In this document: positions 1 to 10,728 of the stretch, piece after piece | How the letters are laid out: the number at the start of each line of letters is the position of its first letter | Position numbering within the stretch: position 1 is the stretch's first letter | Assembly: GCA_000091165.1 (NCBI GenBank) | Contig: FP565575.1 | Span: forward strand, 1,770,001 to 1,802,000 | DNA length: 32,000 nucleotides | Source of the DNA: Candidatus Methylomirabilis oxygeniifera | Lineage (GTDB): Bacteria; Methylomirabilota; Methylomirabilia; Methylomirabilales; Methylomirabilaceae | Direction of reading: 5' to 3' | Notes under the pieces: model-generated | Database searches by the model: none | What the model saw: the letters and a program-made list of their open reading frames with translations, nothing else | What the model was told of the DNA's origin: nothing | Program-made: the position numbers and the translations under genes

Positions 1-2747
1 TTTTTGACATAGGCCCTGACGCGCGGGTGAGCTTCGACGATGCGGCAGAATTCGCCTTCCCAGTCGCTGTCGAGGATCACCCAGTTGAGGTGACATCGAC
101 GAGCATCTGTCTCCCATCGGTCGGTTTTCGAGGTATTGAAATTGACGTGGATGGTGGAGCCGGTGGGATTATAGGGGTCGAGCACGGCCATGATGGGTCG
201 CTGTCCGACGAACGCGCGCGTAATCCCGGCAGTGATGCGTTCGCAAGCCATGTCGGCCAACGTCTTGTATTTCAATTGCGCCGGATAGGTGCCGCCCTTG
301 CAGATGAGGTACCCGTCGATCCATTGGCGGGCGATGCGCTTGAGTTGACCAAAGAGATGGAGCTTGGGGTCTTCGCCCGGGTCGCGCCACTTGGTGAGAA
401 CGAGGTGAGACACCAGCTCATATAGAACCTGCGAGGGTCGAACGTCGCCGGTGTGAACCAGATTGAGATCCACCCTTTCGCCAATGATCCCCGAGTTTTG
501 GGTCTCCGTTGCGCCGACCAGGTCCGGGGTCAACTCCAGCACGGAGTCCTCGTTGAACTCGGCGGTCAGCCGTTCCTCGGGCAATTCGATGCGGTAGCCC
601 ACGACACGGGGGAAGCGGATTTCGAGCGGATCGCGTTCGGGCCGCACGGCCCTGACGTGGATAGTCTCCCGCGGCGGCTGCGGGGGCGCGACCACCGGCT
701 TGGCGGTAAAGTCGAAAGGAATGCCCAAGACGTCGGCGTATTCCACATTGAACAGCTCCTCTTCATTCAAATCGTAGGACTGGCGACGGAGCGCCCGGCC
801 GATGACCTGCTCGCAAAGGAGTTGGGTGCCGAAGGCCCGGACGCCCAGCACATGCGTGACCGTTCTTGCGTCCCAGCCCTCGGTGAGCATGGAGACGGAG
901 ACGACGCAGCGGATCGATCCGCCCAACTGGCCATACTTGCCCACCGTATTCATGACCTCGCGGAGAAGAGTCACGTCATCGAGTTCTTTGCCCATTTGAA
1001 GTTGATCGGCGAGTTTCCCGCCGCGTTCGATGATCTCGCGGCGGAAGCGTTCGATTTCGTCGGCGGCCATGCCACGGAAGTTGTCGTCGAGCGGTTCGCC
1101 GGATTCGAGTTGCTCGCTGTCGATGAGCAACGTGTTTGGCCTGGCGAACGGGTTGCCATGCTCATCAAAGTTGCGAAACAGCGCAAGGCGGCCGGCTATC
1201 GGTGTCTTTGAGCCATCATCGTTCTCGCGGAGAAAGCCGGAGATGAAGTCATACACCAGTTTGGAGATGGCGGTGTTTTGGCAGACGACGATAAAACAGG
1301 GCGGCACGCGGATGCCGGCTTTGTCCCACAGATCGAAGGTCTTCTCGTAGTGACCGTAGAGGGCTTCAAGGGCGGTCTGCAGTTGCGGCGGCAGACTGAG
1401 TGGATCGAGTCTGGCCGACTTGCCCCGCCCTTTCTTGGGCATGTGCGACCGGATGTGTTCCCACAGATTGCGGAACATGGGCATCTCTTCGCCGGGGATG
1501 TTGTCGGCCACGGGGACGCGCGGCAGTTTGACGATGCCGCACTCGATGGCGTCCATGAGCGAGAAGTCGCTCACCGTCCACGGAAAGAGGGTGCCCTCTG
1601 CGTACCCTGAGCCGCTCAGGAAAAAAGGTGTCGCAGACAGGTCGATGACGCACGCGACGCCGAGTGTGCGGTGTACCGCTTCAAGGCCGGAAATCCAAAG
1701 GCGGGCGGCCTCCTTGTTTTTCTCGGCCTCTTTCTTTTCCTCCCCCTTCAAATCCTCCTCGTCGTCTTCTGCTCCGGATTTCTCGCGGTAGCAATGATGC
1801 GCCTCATCATTGAACACGACGATGTTCTTCATGCCCATCAGGTCGGGCATCACCCGCTGAAGCATCTGTCCCTCAGTTTCGAGGGTGTTCAACTCTTCGC
1901 CCCGACCTTGCAGGAGAGAACGCCCGCCCTTCGAGAGATCAATCCGTTCGCGGAGCTTGAAAGCGTGGTAGTTGGTGATGACGATTTTGGCCCGATTCAC
2001 ATCGTCCAGCATGTCGGCCGGCACGAGTTCACGGCTGGCGTAGTAGCTGTCCGGGTCGTTCGGCTGGAGAACGCGCAGCCGATCTTTGATGGTCAGTCCG
2101 GGTGTGACAACAAGAAAGCCACGGGTGAATTTCTTGCTCTGGGGTCGCCGCACGGCGTTGATGGTTTGCCAAGCAATCAACATGGCCATCACGGTCGTCT
2201 TGCCTGCGCCGGTCGCCAGCTTGAGCGCAAAACGCATCAGCTCCGGGTTGGCGTTATGATTGGCATTCGCCAGGTATTCAATGAACGCCTTGCCGGACTT
2301 TCCGGCTTGGGGCGCTACCTCGATGAGCCAGATGGCGGTTTCAACCGCCTCCACCTGGCAGAAAAAGGGCCTGATGCTGCTGAATTGGTGATGCCGCCAG
2401 TGCTGGAGTAGACGTGCCGTTTCGGGAGTCACCTGCCACTGGTTGGGATTCGGTAAGCTGCGCCACTGGTCCACATGTTGGCGTAGCTGATTGATGATCG
2501 AAGTCGGATCATACTGCTGCTTTTCTGTTGAAAGTCCTTTGCCTTCATTGAAAACGAGCTGTCGTTGTTCGGCTGCGCTCTTGCGTTTCCTGGGCTTTGG
2601 AATCGGCGTGATGAACTCCGCCAGACGGCGCCTTTCGATGATCTGCTGTGTAGGCTGTCCGCCGGCATCAAGCTCCCAGTGACGTGCCGGGTATTTGTAG
2701 GGGGAGTTAAGGATAGGGCGTTCGAAAAATAGATTTGTCGTGCTCAA
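1..2747 (-). CDS. res: Type III restriction-enzyme Res-like SF2 helicase/endonuclease subunit. The 3' end runs off the window, so it is not on the supplied ORF track.
   Basis: I translated the minus strand by hand. TTG at 2747-2745 has an in-frame TGA just upstream (2759-2757) and GAGGA 6 nt upstream. The frame stays open to position 1. Motifs read: N-term FFERPILNSPYKYPARHWELD; Walker A LKLATGAGKTT; DEAH box VVFNDEAHHCY; motif III DLSATPF; motif VI EQVIGRALRR; C-terminal DSDWEGEFCRIVEAHPRVRAYVK. The listed + ORFs 453..1211 and 1671..2411 are antisense shadows. Confidence 0.85.
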   Translation of the reverse strand, partial: MSTTNLFFERPILNSPYKYPARHWELDAGGQPTQQIIERRRLAEFITPIPKPRKRKSAAEQRQLVFNEGKGLSTEKQQYDPTSIINQLRQHVDQWRSLPNPNQWQVTPETARLLQHWRHHQFSSIRPFFCQVEAVETAIWLIEVAPQAGKSGKAFIEYLANANHNANPELMRFALKLATGAGKTTVMAMLIAWQTINAVRRPQSKKFTRGFLVVTPGLTIKDRLRVLQPNDPDSYYASRELVPADMLDDVNRAKIVITNYHAFKLRERIDLSKGGRSLLQGRGEELNTLETEGQMLQRVMPDLMGMKNIVVFNDEAHHCYREKSGAEDDEEDLKGEEKKEAEKNKEAARLWISGLEAVHRTLGVACVIDLSATPFFLSGSGYAEGTLFPWTVSDFSLMDAIECGIVKLPRVPVADNIPGEEMPMFRNLWEHIRSHMPKKGRGKSARLDPLSLPPQLQTALEALYGHYEKTFDLWDKAGIRVPPCFIVVCQNTAISKLVYDFISGFLRENDDGSKTPIAGRLALFRNFDEHGNPFARPNTLLIDSEQLESGEPLDDNFRGMAADEIERFRREIIERGGKLADQLQMGKELDDVTLLREVMNTVGKYGQLGGSIRCVVSVSMLTEGWDARTVTHVLGVRAFGTQLLCEQVIGRALRRQSYDLNEEELFNVEYADVLGIPFDFTAKPVVAPPQPPRETIHVRAVRPERDPLEIRFPRVVGYRIELPEERLTAEFNEDSVLELTPDLVGATETQNSGIIGERVDLNLVHTGDVRPSQVLYELVSHLVLTKWRDPGEDPKLHLFGQLKRIARQWIDGYLICKGGTYPAQLKYKTLADMACERITAGITRAFVGQRPIMAVLDPYNPTGSTIHVNFNTSKTDRWETDARRCHLNWVILDSDWEGEFCRIVEAHPRVRAYVK

Positions 2748-3383
2748 TGTGTGTCCTCAGGGGCTCCCTCTTCCTTGGGAGCCTATCGCCGCGTGGCTAC
2801 GGGGAGTGTGGCGGCAAGGCGGTAGTCCCGGCCACCTTGTTATCGAGACCGGCTATGATGCCCTACAGGGCCAGATCGGTCTTCGTCTTCGGCGTGATGT
2901 CAATCTCAGCTTGGGGGAGATTCCCACCACTCGCCATGCCCGCATCCTCTTCCTCTGTGCCAAGCAACAAAGGATAGAACCGAGTGGCCGATGTGTAGCA
3001 TTCAGTTTACACGGGTGTCAATGCAAAAATGATCCATATTGAGGGCCGTACCGGTGGGGGTAGTGGCAGTGCAGATTTCGACCAACGAACAACCACCGTC
3101 TGGAAGGCGGTAGCTTCGGAGTATCGTCGATCAAGAATAGTCTTGCGGTCAAGAACCTTTACGGCATTCGCAGATTAGGCGGCACAGGCGGCCTGTCCAT
3201 CCCCAATGAGTGGGGCATCCAGCCGTAGGTGAACCTGAGCCGACTGCTCATCCATTCTCTGTCCTCACGATCCGCTTACCGGCGTGGGTCCTTTTTGCTT
3301 TATCACGGTGGGTTCTTTTTGCATTGTCAAAACGATTCGTCTCGCGAACCAACGTGCCGGCCCAATAGGGGCACTCCCCGGAC

Positions 3384-4292
3384 TCAGGGAAACAGGTCTC
3401 GAACGCGAATGAACGGCTGCCCGCTTTCGGCCGCATGCCGCACCTTCTTCTGCATTACCGCCGTGAATGCGAGCCCCCGGTCCAGCATTTCGTGCAGATC
3501 CAATCCGTCCATGCACACGAGTCGCTTGCCGCGACCAAAGGCTGCAAGACCCTCCTCAGCGAATCCGCTGGTGCTGACGAATAGGCTGCGCGCCCAGGCG
3601 GCCTTCTCTTCAACCTTGCCGTTGAAGGCATGGAGATCCGACACACCGACCGCTGGTCCTTGCCACTTCGCCTCAAGGAGGTAGGTCTCATCCGCGAACT
3701 CGAAACTGCCATCGATCTGTTCCCCGACAAGGCGAAACGATGCCCGTGCCGCAAGACCGTAGGCGTCGAACAACTCCTTCAGGAATCGCTCGAAGGCGTA
3801 ACCCCGTGTCTGAGGGTCAAGCTGACCGGCCTGAAGTAACTCGTCGCGCAACGAACGAGAAACGGACAGATCGGTCTCGACGGGCGCGGCTGCGACCGGT
3901 GCTCGCGCCGTCGAGACCGGGCGCCTTCCGCCTAACCTCTCGATCAGGCACCAGAACTCCGTTTCGGCGTTGGGAAATGGGTCTTCTGCTCGCTTTCGGC
4001 GACGAAGCGACTCCCGGTACTCCCAAAGCGAAGTCAGCAGTCGAATCCTTGTGCCTTGATTAGTGGTTGTCAGGAAGTACCGAAGCCGCTTGGCTTTACT
4101 TGTACCCTCAGCGGAGTAACGGGGGTCGTCAATATCCACGCCAAGCTCTTCGCGGAAAAAAGTCGCGAAGGTCCGGTCGCTGAAATCCAACACGTACCCG
4201 CCGCCCATATCGAACAGGTCGTCGATGAGACGCATGTCAATAGTGCGGATTGTCATGGGCGGTGGCATCTCGTTGGCATTCTCCCCCGACAA
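3384..4292 (-). CDS. Mrr-type (PD-(D/E)xK) restriction endonuclease-like protein with an N-terminal domain of unknown function
   Basis: 302-aa ORF. The C-terminal half reads GYAFERFLKELFDAYGL...EQIDGSFEF...YLLEAKW, a D...ExK nuclease core typical of the Mrr catalytic domain. The N-terminal motif is GGYVLDFSDRTFATFF...KAKRLRYF. The first codon at 4292 is TTG; ATG alternatives at 4268 or 4256 are plausible true starts. Confidence 0.7.
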   Translation of the reverse strand: MSGENANEMPPPMTIRTIDMRLIDDLFDMGGGYVLDFSDRTFATFFREELGVDIDDPRYSAEGTSKAKRLRYFLTTTNQGTRIRLLTSLWEYRESLRRRKRAEDPFPNAETEFWCLIERLGGRRPVSTARAPVAAAPVETDLSVSRSLRDELLQAGQLDPQTRGYAFERFLKELFDAYGLAARASFRLVGEQIDGSFEFADETYLLEAKWQGPAVGVSDLHAFNGKVEEKAAWARSLFVSTSGFAEEGLAAFGRGKRLVCMDGLDLHEMLDRGLAFTAVMQKKVRHAAESGQPFIRVRDLFP

Positions 4293-4447
4293 GTATCTGT
4301 GGTGCAGGTCCCTGAAATGAATTTCAGCCCGTCGTCAGACGTCAACACACGGGCATCACCGGCCACGGTCTGCACTGCACCTTCCGGGCTCTCGCGAATG
4401 CGTCCGAAGTCGTAGTCCGGTGGATGCCCTTGGTTCGGCCCTTCATT

Positions 4448-5185
4448 CTAGTTTTTCTGATCGACAGAAAACTTCGTGACGCAATGATCTGTAACGATGT
4501 TCAGCAGCGCCGCACTTGCCTTCAATGCGCCTTCAAAGTAGGTATCGCTCGCTCCCAAGAACGTCATGCTCGGCAGTGCAGCGCCAACGGCCGTGATCCG
4601 ACGATCATAGATGTCGTTTCTGACCCACCCGTTGTGGACGCCGATGTCTCGCCGAGCCTTCATCTCTACAATAGGCGACCATACCGACAAAAACAGCTCC
4701 TCCGACATCGACAAGAGCTTAGCGATCTTCTTTCCGTAGTCGAGAGGTGTCTCGTAAAAGAGCTGGTTCAAGTGCTTCTCGGCGGCGAATCGAAGGGCTC
4801 CGTCGCGTCCGAGTTGTGCAACTACTTCGACCGTGACCTGCTCGCTGCCGATCTTTCCAGGATAGGCCATGATCACTACGGTTAGGACCGACTTCAGGAA
4901 GTCCTCCAGTTCCGACACAAGGGCGATGAATAGTTGCGATCGAATGTATGGTTGCACCCGCCGATCCTGCACCTTGACACCGGGACGCTTGTCGAGCTCC
5001 TCGAAATCAGCAGGAATGGCGTCAGCAGCGCTGCGTAAGTTGCCGAAGAACGAGAAGCTGAACGGATCCCAAGCCGCCTCCGACGTGGCGTGCGCAACGA
5101 AGCGGTCGCAGCCTTGAAGAGCTTGTAGCCGTATCAGCTTTTCATCGCGAAGAGCTTGCAACGCAGTGGCTTCGATCATACGCAC
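4448..5185 (-). CDS. Hypothetical protein, HEPN-like (abortive-infection type) candidate
   Basis: 245-aa ORF with good GC3. It is predicted largely helical. The motif EMKARRDIGVHNGW contains an R-x4/5-H signature, as in HEPN RNase domains. It sits 155 nt upstream of the Mrr-like gene on the same strand. The family assignment is from motif memory only. Confidence 0.5.
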   Translation of the reverse strand: MRMIEATALQALRDEKLIRLQALQGCDRFVAHATSEAAWDPFSFSFFGNLRSAADAIPADFEELDKRPGVKVQDRRVQPYIRSQLFIALVSELEDFLKSVLTVVIMAYPGKIGSEQVTVEVVAQLGRDGALRFAAEKHLNQLFYETPLDYGKKIAKLLSMSEELFLSVWSPIVEMKARRDIGVHNGWVRNDIYDRRITAVGAALPSMTFLGASDTYFEGALKASAALLNIVTDHCVTKFSVDQKN

Positions 5186-5695
5186 GATCCATGCTTTTCA
5201 GCCAAACTATAAGTGAGCCGCTCTTCAAGCAGACAAGGGCTATCTCCTCAATCGACTCCGCTTCTCGACAACGATTTTGTTCGTACTCTCGCATACTTAG
5301 CCTAACCGGTCAAGCCGATTGTGGTCGACACGCGCTGCCAGATTTGGCGACCTATCATCCCAACGATCGACGGTCTCTCTCGGTCGCCCGCTGGCCGATC
5401 AGCCGGGCTGCTGCCCTCGCGTAGTTCCAGCCATACGACAACTCCAGCAATGCGGGACAAGCATCCAAGCAAGGAATAGCAGGCTGCGTCGCTCGCCCCT
5501 CTCGCGCGTGCACGATTGTTAATAGGCTGTTTCTGCCCGGGGTGAATGCAGTCCTGGGTACGGCATGTTTCGTCAACCGGGCACAACGGCCATTGCGCAT
5601 GATCGTTCACCACGTCAGGCTCGTTGGCCCACCTTCCGGCTGCGATCGGGATAGACTCCCGTCGCAGTCGTTCCCTCTCATGAAAGGAGATCGAT

Positions 5696-6451
5696 ATGTC
5701 GACACGTACACGCATCCTGCACCTGCCCCCCGCGATGGACACCCGCACCTGTAGCCGCTGGGCCTGTCTGCAGCGGATGCCCGGCAGCGGGCTCGATCCC
5801 GCGATACTCACGCATCATGTTCAGCGTACGGTCGATGCCGTCGCGGCCATCGTGGTCGAGGATGCCGAAGTAAAGGGCACCCTCCAGGAAACGGAGCACT
5901 ACGTCACGGCTTTCCTCGACCGGTACTGGCCGGTAATTCCCGCGCTTGTCGGTCCCGGGTATCCAAAATCTGTGGTGGCGATGGCGGAAGAGCAGGGCGC
6001 TGTCTGTATCGAGACGCTCGTCGAGCGCACTATGCCTCGGCTCCAGTATGCGGAACGCCTCCTCGCCCATGCGCAGTCGTTCGGGTGGAGGATTCCGGAT
6101 GGAGCCGGTGGCGAGTTGGTGATTCCGGGAGTGATCGCCAGGCTGGGTGAGGATCGCCTGACCGGCACCCTTCGCATCTACGAGTGGCAGATCGAGCAGC
6201 AGAAGTTCCCCTACCTCAATGCGTTTCTCCGCTTCCAGCAGACGGGGGTCGCGCTGGGATGGCTTCGGAGCCAGTATCCGGAGCGGGAGACCGTCTATGC
6301 GGAAGTCAGCCTGCTCTCGGACACTACCTGGGAGTGGAGCCGGACGGCTCAGGAGCTTCATCTGCTGGAGGGGCTACTGCAACAGCAGGCGGATCAGGCA
6401 CAACCCTTGATGCCGTTCGGGACGCCACCAGTCCAGTTCGGAAGAAATTAG
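5696..6451 (+). CDS. Hypothetical protein (island cargo, no family recognised)
   Basis: 251-aa ORF. AAAGGAG lies 6 nt upstream of the ATG at 5696. Third codon positions are strongly G/C in this frame, unlike the overlapping minus ORF 5678..6361. Confidence 0.6.
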   Translation: MSTRTRILHLPPAMDTRTCSRWACLQRMPGSGLDPAILTHHVQRTVDAVAAIVVEDAEVKGTLQETEHYVTAFLDRYWPVIPALVGPGYPKSVVAMAEEQGAVCIETLVERTMPRLQYAERLLAHAQSFGWRIPDGAGGELVIPGVIARLGEDRLTGTLRIYEWQIEQQKFPYLNAFLRFQQTGVALGWLRSQYPERETVYAEVSLLSDTTWEWSRTAQELHLLEGLLQQQADQAQPLMPFGTPPVQFGRN

Positions 6452-6706
6452 CCCCGGTCGTGCGCACCCCAAGGGATCGCACTCCTGATCCCTGGGGGCC
6501 TTCATAACCCCTCCTCCGGCTCGTTCGATGGACCGCGAGGTTCAGCCGAGCAGCCGATGAAGCGAAAGGCACTCCCTATGCCAGAACGCACTGCAACACA
6601 TCTGCAACGTCTCACCGAAACGCTGGGCGCGCCAGTAAGTCACACTCCTGTGGTGTCCCACGCCAGAAAGCGCCGTCATCTTCGTTCTCATGATCGTCAA
6701 CGACCG

Positions 6707-6952
6707 ATGGCCACCGCACTGTCAACCCTTACGGAGGGCTCTTCAACGGCCCTCCAATCCGATATTGCGATCGAGTTCCTCGCAATAGAGTCGAATGAGG
6801 CTCCACGAGCTGAATCGAAAATTCCGCACGCTATCGAGATTCTGGTACAATGCCTCCACCAATACGTGGAGGCGCATCCGGAACGGTTCCAGATCCGAGA
6901 GACCGAGACACCTACCTGCCGGATCAAGACCGTGACCCTCAACAAGGAGTAA
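6707..6952 (+). CDS. Small hypothetical protein immediately upstream of the recombinase (possible accessory or directionality factor)
   Basis: The track ORF 6557..6952 starts at GTG. The basic, low-complexity N-terminal 50 aa look non-coding. ATG at 6707 gives an 81-aa acidic protein ending 7 nt before the recombinase ATG. No motif recognised. Confidence 0.35.
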   Translation: MATALSTLTEGSSTALQSDIAIEFLAIESNEAPRAESKIPHAIEILVQCLHQYVEAHPERFQIRETETPTCRIKTVTLNKE

Positions 6953-6959
6953 TACCATC

Positions 6960-8708
<1,749 letters not shown>

Positions 8709-8716
8709 AAGACATC

Positions 8717-9835
8717 TTAGGCAAGATAGCCGGCAGTGTCAAGGCTTTTCTGATCAGGCTCGGTGGCCAACAAGCCACAGGCGGCCGAAATGTCCAGGCC
8801 GCGACTCTCGCGAATGGTGGCCAGGATGTCGGCCGACCTCAAGATGCGTTGGAACATCTCGACGCGCTCCTGTGAAGGTCGCCGAAACGGGATGGCGGGG
8901 GCCTCGTTCAAGGACAAGAGATTCACCTTACACCGAAGGCCGCGCAGCAGCTTTACCAGTTCACGGGCGTCCTCGGATCGGTCGTTCACCCCATCGATCA
9001 GCACGTACTCGAATGTCAGCCGCCGCCGGGATGGGAGCGGATAGGCTCTGAGCGCGACCATCAACTCTTTGAGGGGATAGCGACGGTTGATCGGAACCAG
9101 CCGGTCACGCAACTCATCGGTGCTTGCATGGAGCGACACGGCCAAGTTCACCCCAAGTCCACTCTGGCCAAGCCGCACAATCTCCGGAACCAGGCCGACG
9201 GTCGAGAGGGTAATCCGGCGCGGCGGATACGCAAGACCCATTGGGTGCGACAGGATCGTGAGCGCCTTCACGGTGGCATCGTAGTTGTGGAGCGGCTCGC
9301 CCATCCCCATCAACACCAGATTGCCGATCCGCTCTCCAGGCTGAAGATCGCGCTGGAGCGCGAGCACCTGATCGACGACCTCACCAGACTGCAGGTGACG
9401 GACGAACCCCATCTTCCCCGTAAGACAGAAGGCGCAGGCTAGAGCGCACCCTACCTGAGTGGACAGGCAGGCGGTCAGCCGCCTTTCATCAGGGATCAGC
9501 ACCGTTTCGATCTGTCGCTCGTCTGTGCAGCCAAGCAGGTATTTCCGCGTGCCGTCCCGGGAGATCTCTTTCGCGAGAGGAGTAAGGGCGCCAATCGCCG
9601 TGTGCTCGGCCAGTCTCGCCCGTAACGCGATCGGCAGATCAGTCATCTCTGCAAACGTGTGTGCGTCGCGTGCGTAGATCCAATGGAAGAGCTGGCGGCC
9701 ACGGTAGACCGGCTCGCCATGGTCGGAAACCACGCGCTCCATCTCCTCAAGGCTCAGCCCTTTGAGGTCGATCTTGTTATCAATACGTTGCTCTTCCATC
9801 TCGACAATACCATGACGGTTGACCCTATCCGTCAT
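8717..9835 (-). CDS. rlmN: 23S rRNA/tRNA (adenine-C2)-methyltransferase RlmN (radical SAM)
   Basis: Radical-SAM CX3CX2C motif in STQVGCALACAFCLTG, plus GMGEPLHN and a C-terminal ISAACGLLA motif. The longest ORF starts at TTG 9919. ATG at 9835 or 9799 gives the usual length of about 360-370 aa. Confidence 0.9.
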   Translation of the reverse strand: MTDRVNRHGIVEMEEQRIDNKIDLKGLSLEEMERVVSDHGEPVYRGRQLFHWIYARDAHTFAEMTDLPIALRARLAEHTAIGALTPLAKEISRDGTRKYLLGCTDERQIETVLIPDERRLTACLSTQVGCALACAFCLTGKMGFVRHLQSGEVVDQVLALQRDLQPGERIGNLVLMGMGEPLHNYDATVKALTILSHPMGLAYPPRRITLSTVGLVPEIVRLGQSGLGVNLAVSLHASTDELRDRLVPINRRYPLKELMVALRAYPLPSRRRLTFEYVLIDGVNDRSEDARELVKLLRGLRCKVNLLSLNEAPAIPFRRPSQERVEMFQRILRSADILATIRESRGLDISAACGLLATEPDQKSLDTAGYLA

Positions 9836-9978
9836 TGCAAGCGACCAACGGGAGCGCGGCAATGTCACCGTACTTGAGGTTGCGAAAAACGATGGGAATG
9901 CTTCGTCTGCGCCTCGCAATGACGCTGGCGGGGAGATTGGTCAGGCCATGAACACGTATGAAGAACTTTATGATGCAA

Positions 9979-10728
9979 TTACTGACTGAGCCGTTTGAAC
10001 TGGCGCATCGCCTCAGCCGCCATCTCGCTCGTGGGACTCAGATCCACGACCTTCTGAAACGCCTGCCTGGCCCGGTCTTTCTCATTTGCCGACAGATAGG
10101 TAAAGCCCAGGCTCTGGTAAGCCGTAGCGAGTTCCGGCGCCTGCTTGACGGCCAGTGTCAGTTCGGCGATCGCCAGTTCCAACTGTCCTTGCACCAGGTA
10201 GGCGTAGCCCAGTCGATTATGGGCCTCGGCGAAATCGGGGAGGATGTCCAGCGCGCGCTTGAACTCCATAACCGCATCGGCAGTCCGTCCCTGGACCATG
10301 TAGACATTCCCCAGATTCAGGTGCGCCTGCTCGGGAGACAGGTAGGCGGGGTTTAATAGCGCCTGCCTGAAGGCCGTGACGGCCTGATCGTAGTCGGCCT
10401 GCTGGACAAATGCCGAACCAAGATTATTGTAGGCATCAGAAAATTTCGGGTCGAGCTGGACCGCCCTTTGAAAGGAGGCAACGGCCTGATCGAGGCGGCG
10501 ATCCATCAGGTACGCCAACCCCAAGGCATTGCGATAGACCGAATTATCCGGGGCGTCGCCGATCGCCTGACCGAACTCCGCAATCGCCTGCTTGACGTCG
10601 CCGCTGGCCAGCCGCGCAACACCTAAATTGTAATGGGTGTCGGCCTTTTCCTCCTTGACCGCCGCCTGTTCTGTGGCACAGGCGGCAAGCACACAACCCA
10701 GCAGAACGATAACGATCCGACCCCGCAT
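9979..10728 (-). CDS. Tetratricopeptide-repeat lipoprotein (PilF/PilW-like)
   Basis: Signal peptide with lipobox LLGCVLAAC, followed by repeated TPR units (A..Y.N.G..Y...G....A...F..A....P). The stop overlaps the mltG region (10728). Confidence 0.8.
   Translation of the reverse strand: MRGRIVIVLLGCVLAACATEQAAVKEEKADTHYNLGVARLASGDVKQAIAEFGQAIGDAPDNSVYRNALGLAYLMDRRLDQAVASFQRAVQLDPKFSDAYNNLGSAFVQQADYDQAVTAFRQALLNPAYLSPEQAHLNLGNVYMVQGRTADAVMEFKRALDILPDFAEAHNRLGYAYLVQGQLELAIAELTLAVKQAPELATAYQSLGFTYLSANEKDRARQAFQKVVDLSPTSEMAAEAMRQFKRLSQ

Noticed and set aside
27-2411. Long plus-strand ORFs on the track (27..425, 453..1211, 1278..1610, 1671..2411)
   Set aside because: They lie antisense to the hand-translated Res-like gene, which carries clear helicase motifs. 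Their composition is rich in Arg, Gly, Ala and His, with no recognisable motifs. These are typical high-GC shadow ORFs.
5678-6361. 227-aa minus-strand ORF overlapping the 251-aa plus-strand ORF
   Set aside because: Third-position G/C bias and the AAAGGAG-ATG start favour the plus frame. The minus ORF has no SD that I could see and has shadow-like composition.
9836-9919. TTG-initiated N-terminal extension of rlmN
   Set aside because: A TTG start with no SD adds about 28-40 non-conserved residues. Internal ATGs give the canonical length.
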